Below, in pieces: positions 63,242 to 64,000 of a stretch of 64,000 bases of DNA. Numbering within the stretch: position 1 is the first letter of the stretch; every line of letters begins with the position of its first letter. A program made the position numbers and the translations under genes. Below the pieces are notes generated by a model. That model worked only from the letters and a program-made list of their open reading frames with translations, was not told the DNA's origin and made no database searches. The DNA is from Polyangiales bacterium (GTDB lineage: Bacteria > Myxococcota_A > Polyangia > Polyangiales > Polyangiaceae): contig JBBRNJ010000010.1 in assembly GCA_038230375.1 (NCBI GenBank), positions 64,001-128,000 on the forward strand. The letters run 5' to 3'.

Positions 63242-63315
63242 GGGGTGGTTGCCAGACCCGCGGGGAAGTGGGGAGGGGGAGTGGCAACGTTTGGCTCAGG
63301 GGGCAACTTGGTTGT

Positions 63316-63594
63316 CTAGTGGCCCTTCACGTTTGGGATGAGGCGGCCTCCTTCGAGGCGGGCTCGGACCTTGAAGAGGGTGAGGCCGTTTGCGTCCTTG
63401 CCTGGGGTGGCGCGGGCGAAGCGGTGGGGGGCGGCTGCGAGCACCGAGTCGTGCTCCTGCGCGAGATCGCTGAGCGGACCCGCTAGCACGGCGTCCAGCG
63501 CGCGATCGCGCTCTGTTGCCGGCGTTGCGGGGCCGATCTCCAGCGCGATCTCTCCCGTGACGTGGCTTCCATTCACTGTGAGCACTGCGGCCAT
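63316..63594 (-). CDS. hypothetical protein (92 aa)
   Basis: Leaderless -10 upstream; coding-like ORF that fits between its neighbours. Confidence 0.7.
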   Translation of the reverse strand: MAAVLTVNGSHVTGEIALEIGPATPATERDRALDAVLAGPLSDLAQEHDSVLAAAPHRFARATPGKDANGLTLFKVRARLEGGRLIPNVKGH

Positions 63595-63600
63595 GCGTCG

Positions 63601-63606
63601 ACCTTA
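63601..63606 (-). promoter_or_regulatory. -10 box TAAGGT, leaderless start
   Basis: 6 nt before ATG at 63594. Confidence 0.5.
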
Positions 63607-63611
63607 CACTA

Positions 63612-64000
63612 CTATGGACACGGCACGGACATCGGGCACGCGCCGTTCTTGTCCTTCGGGTAGCTCTCCTTGCAGTCCGTGACGCCAGGGAAGCTGTTGC
63701 TTGGCAGGAAGTCCGTGAGGTCGTCCTTGCGCCAGCCGCGATCAATGCCGAAGTAGGCGCTGTTCGTCACGGTAGTGTTCGTGATGAACTGACTGCCGGG
63801 CGCACCGTAGATGCGAATAGCCGCATCCGACCTTGTTTTTCCAGGGTATGGGCAAGAGTTGGAGCCGCCGCTGCTCATCCCGCCGGCGAAGTTGACCTGC
63901 GTGAAGTCCATCCGATTCGTGGGCAGCGGTTGATTGCCGAAGCTGATGCCGAGCCAGTCGCCGGCCGCCGGGTTCGGCTCTGCGGACGTGAAGACGATCT
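63612..64000 (-). CDS. 3' part of a beta-helix-type exported protein (starts outside the window)
   Basis: Frame open to the window edge: IVFTSAEPNPAAGDWLGISF...CP*; 'IVFTS......GDW.GI' motif. Confidence 0.75.
   Translation of the reverse strand, partial: IVFTSAEPNPAAGDWLGISFGNQPLPTNRMDFTQVNFAGGMSSGGSNSCPYPGKTRSDAAIRIYGAPGSQFITNTTVTNSAYFGIDRGWRKDDLTDFLPSNSFPGVTDCKESYPKDKNGACPMSVPCP

Noticed and set aside
1..64000. Prophage, IS, integron, rRNA or tRNA
   Set aside because: No integrase, transposase, phage structural gene, terminal repeats or cloverleaf/rRNA-like sequence recognised by eye; tRNAscan-SE and Infernal would be needed to exclude small RNAs.

Overview
High-GC (roughly 70% by eye) bacterial chromosomal segment with a strong Myxococcota/Polyangiales-like signature: five Hanks-type Ser/Thr kinases, about 17 predicted lipoproteins, AgmX/PglI and Sel1/TPR/LRR proteins. 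About 55 CDSs, including phhA, a DDAH, yaeQ, yebC, tamAB, selO, an ABC1/UbiB kinase, a HisKA_3/NarL two-component pair, an ArsR-SRPBCC pair, a GST and an aldo/keto reductase. I see no rRNA, tRNA, CRISPR array, integrase or transposase. Best candidate for an undescribed system is a translationally coupled two-gene unit at 10660-14060 (-). The first gene is a Cys-rich protein with both an N-terminal lipobox and a C-terminal MYXO-CTERM-like tag. The second is an Lgt paralog fused in frame, via an internal signal-peptide-like segment and a Pro-rich linker, to a small outer-membrane beta-barrel. Together they suggest a dedicated lipidation/surface-display module, possibly a cleaved polyprotein. Other signals: 13 TAnnnT boxes 5-7 nt before start codons (leaderless genes), three gene stubs missed by the ORF track (ConA-like, MscS, YbjT-like), a trypsin homolog with Ser->Glu at the nucleophile position, a coupled kinase/phosphoesterase/STAND-kinase/SelO run, and a palindrome that reads as a sigma54 promoter on both strands. 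All family calls come from motif recognition by eye; no searches were run.
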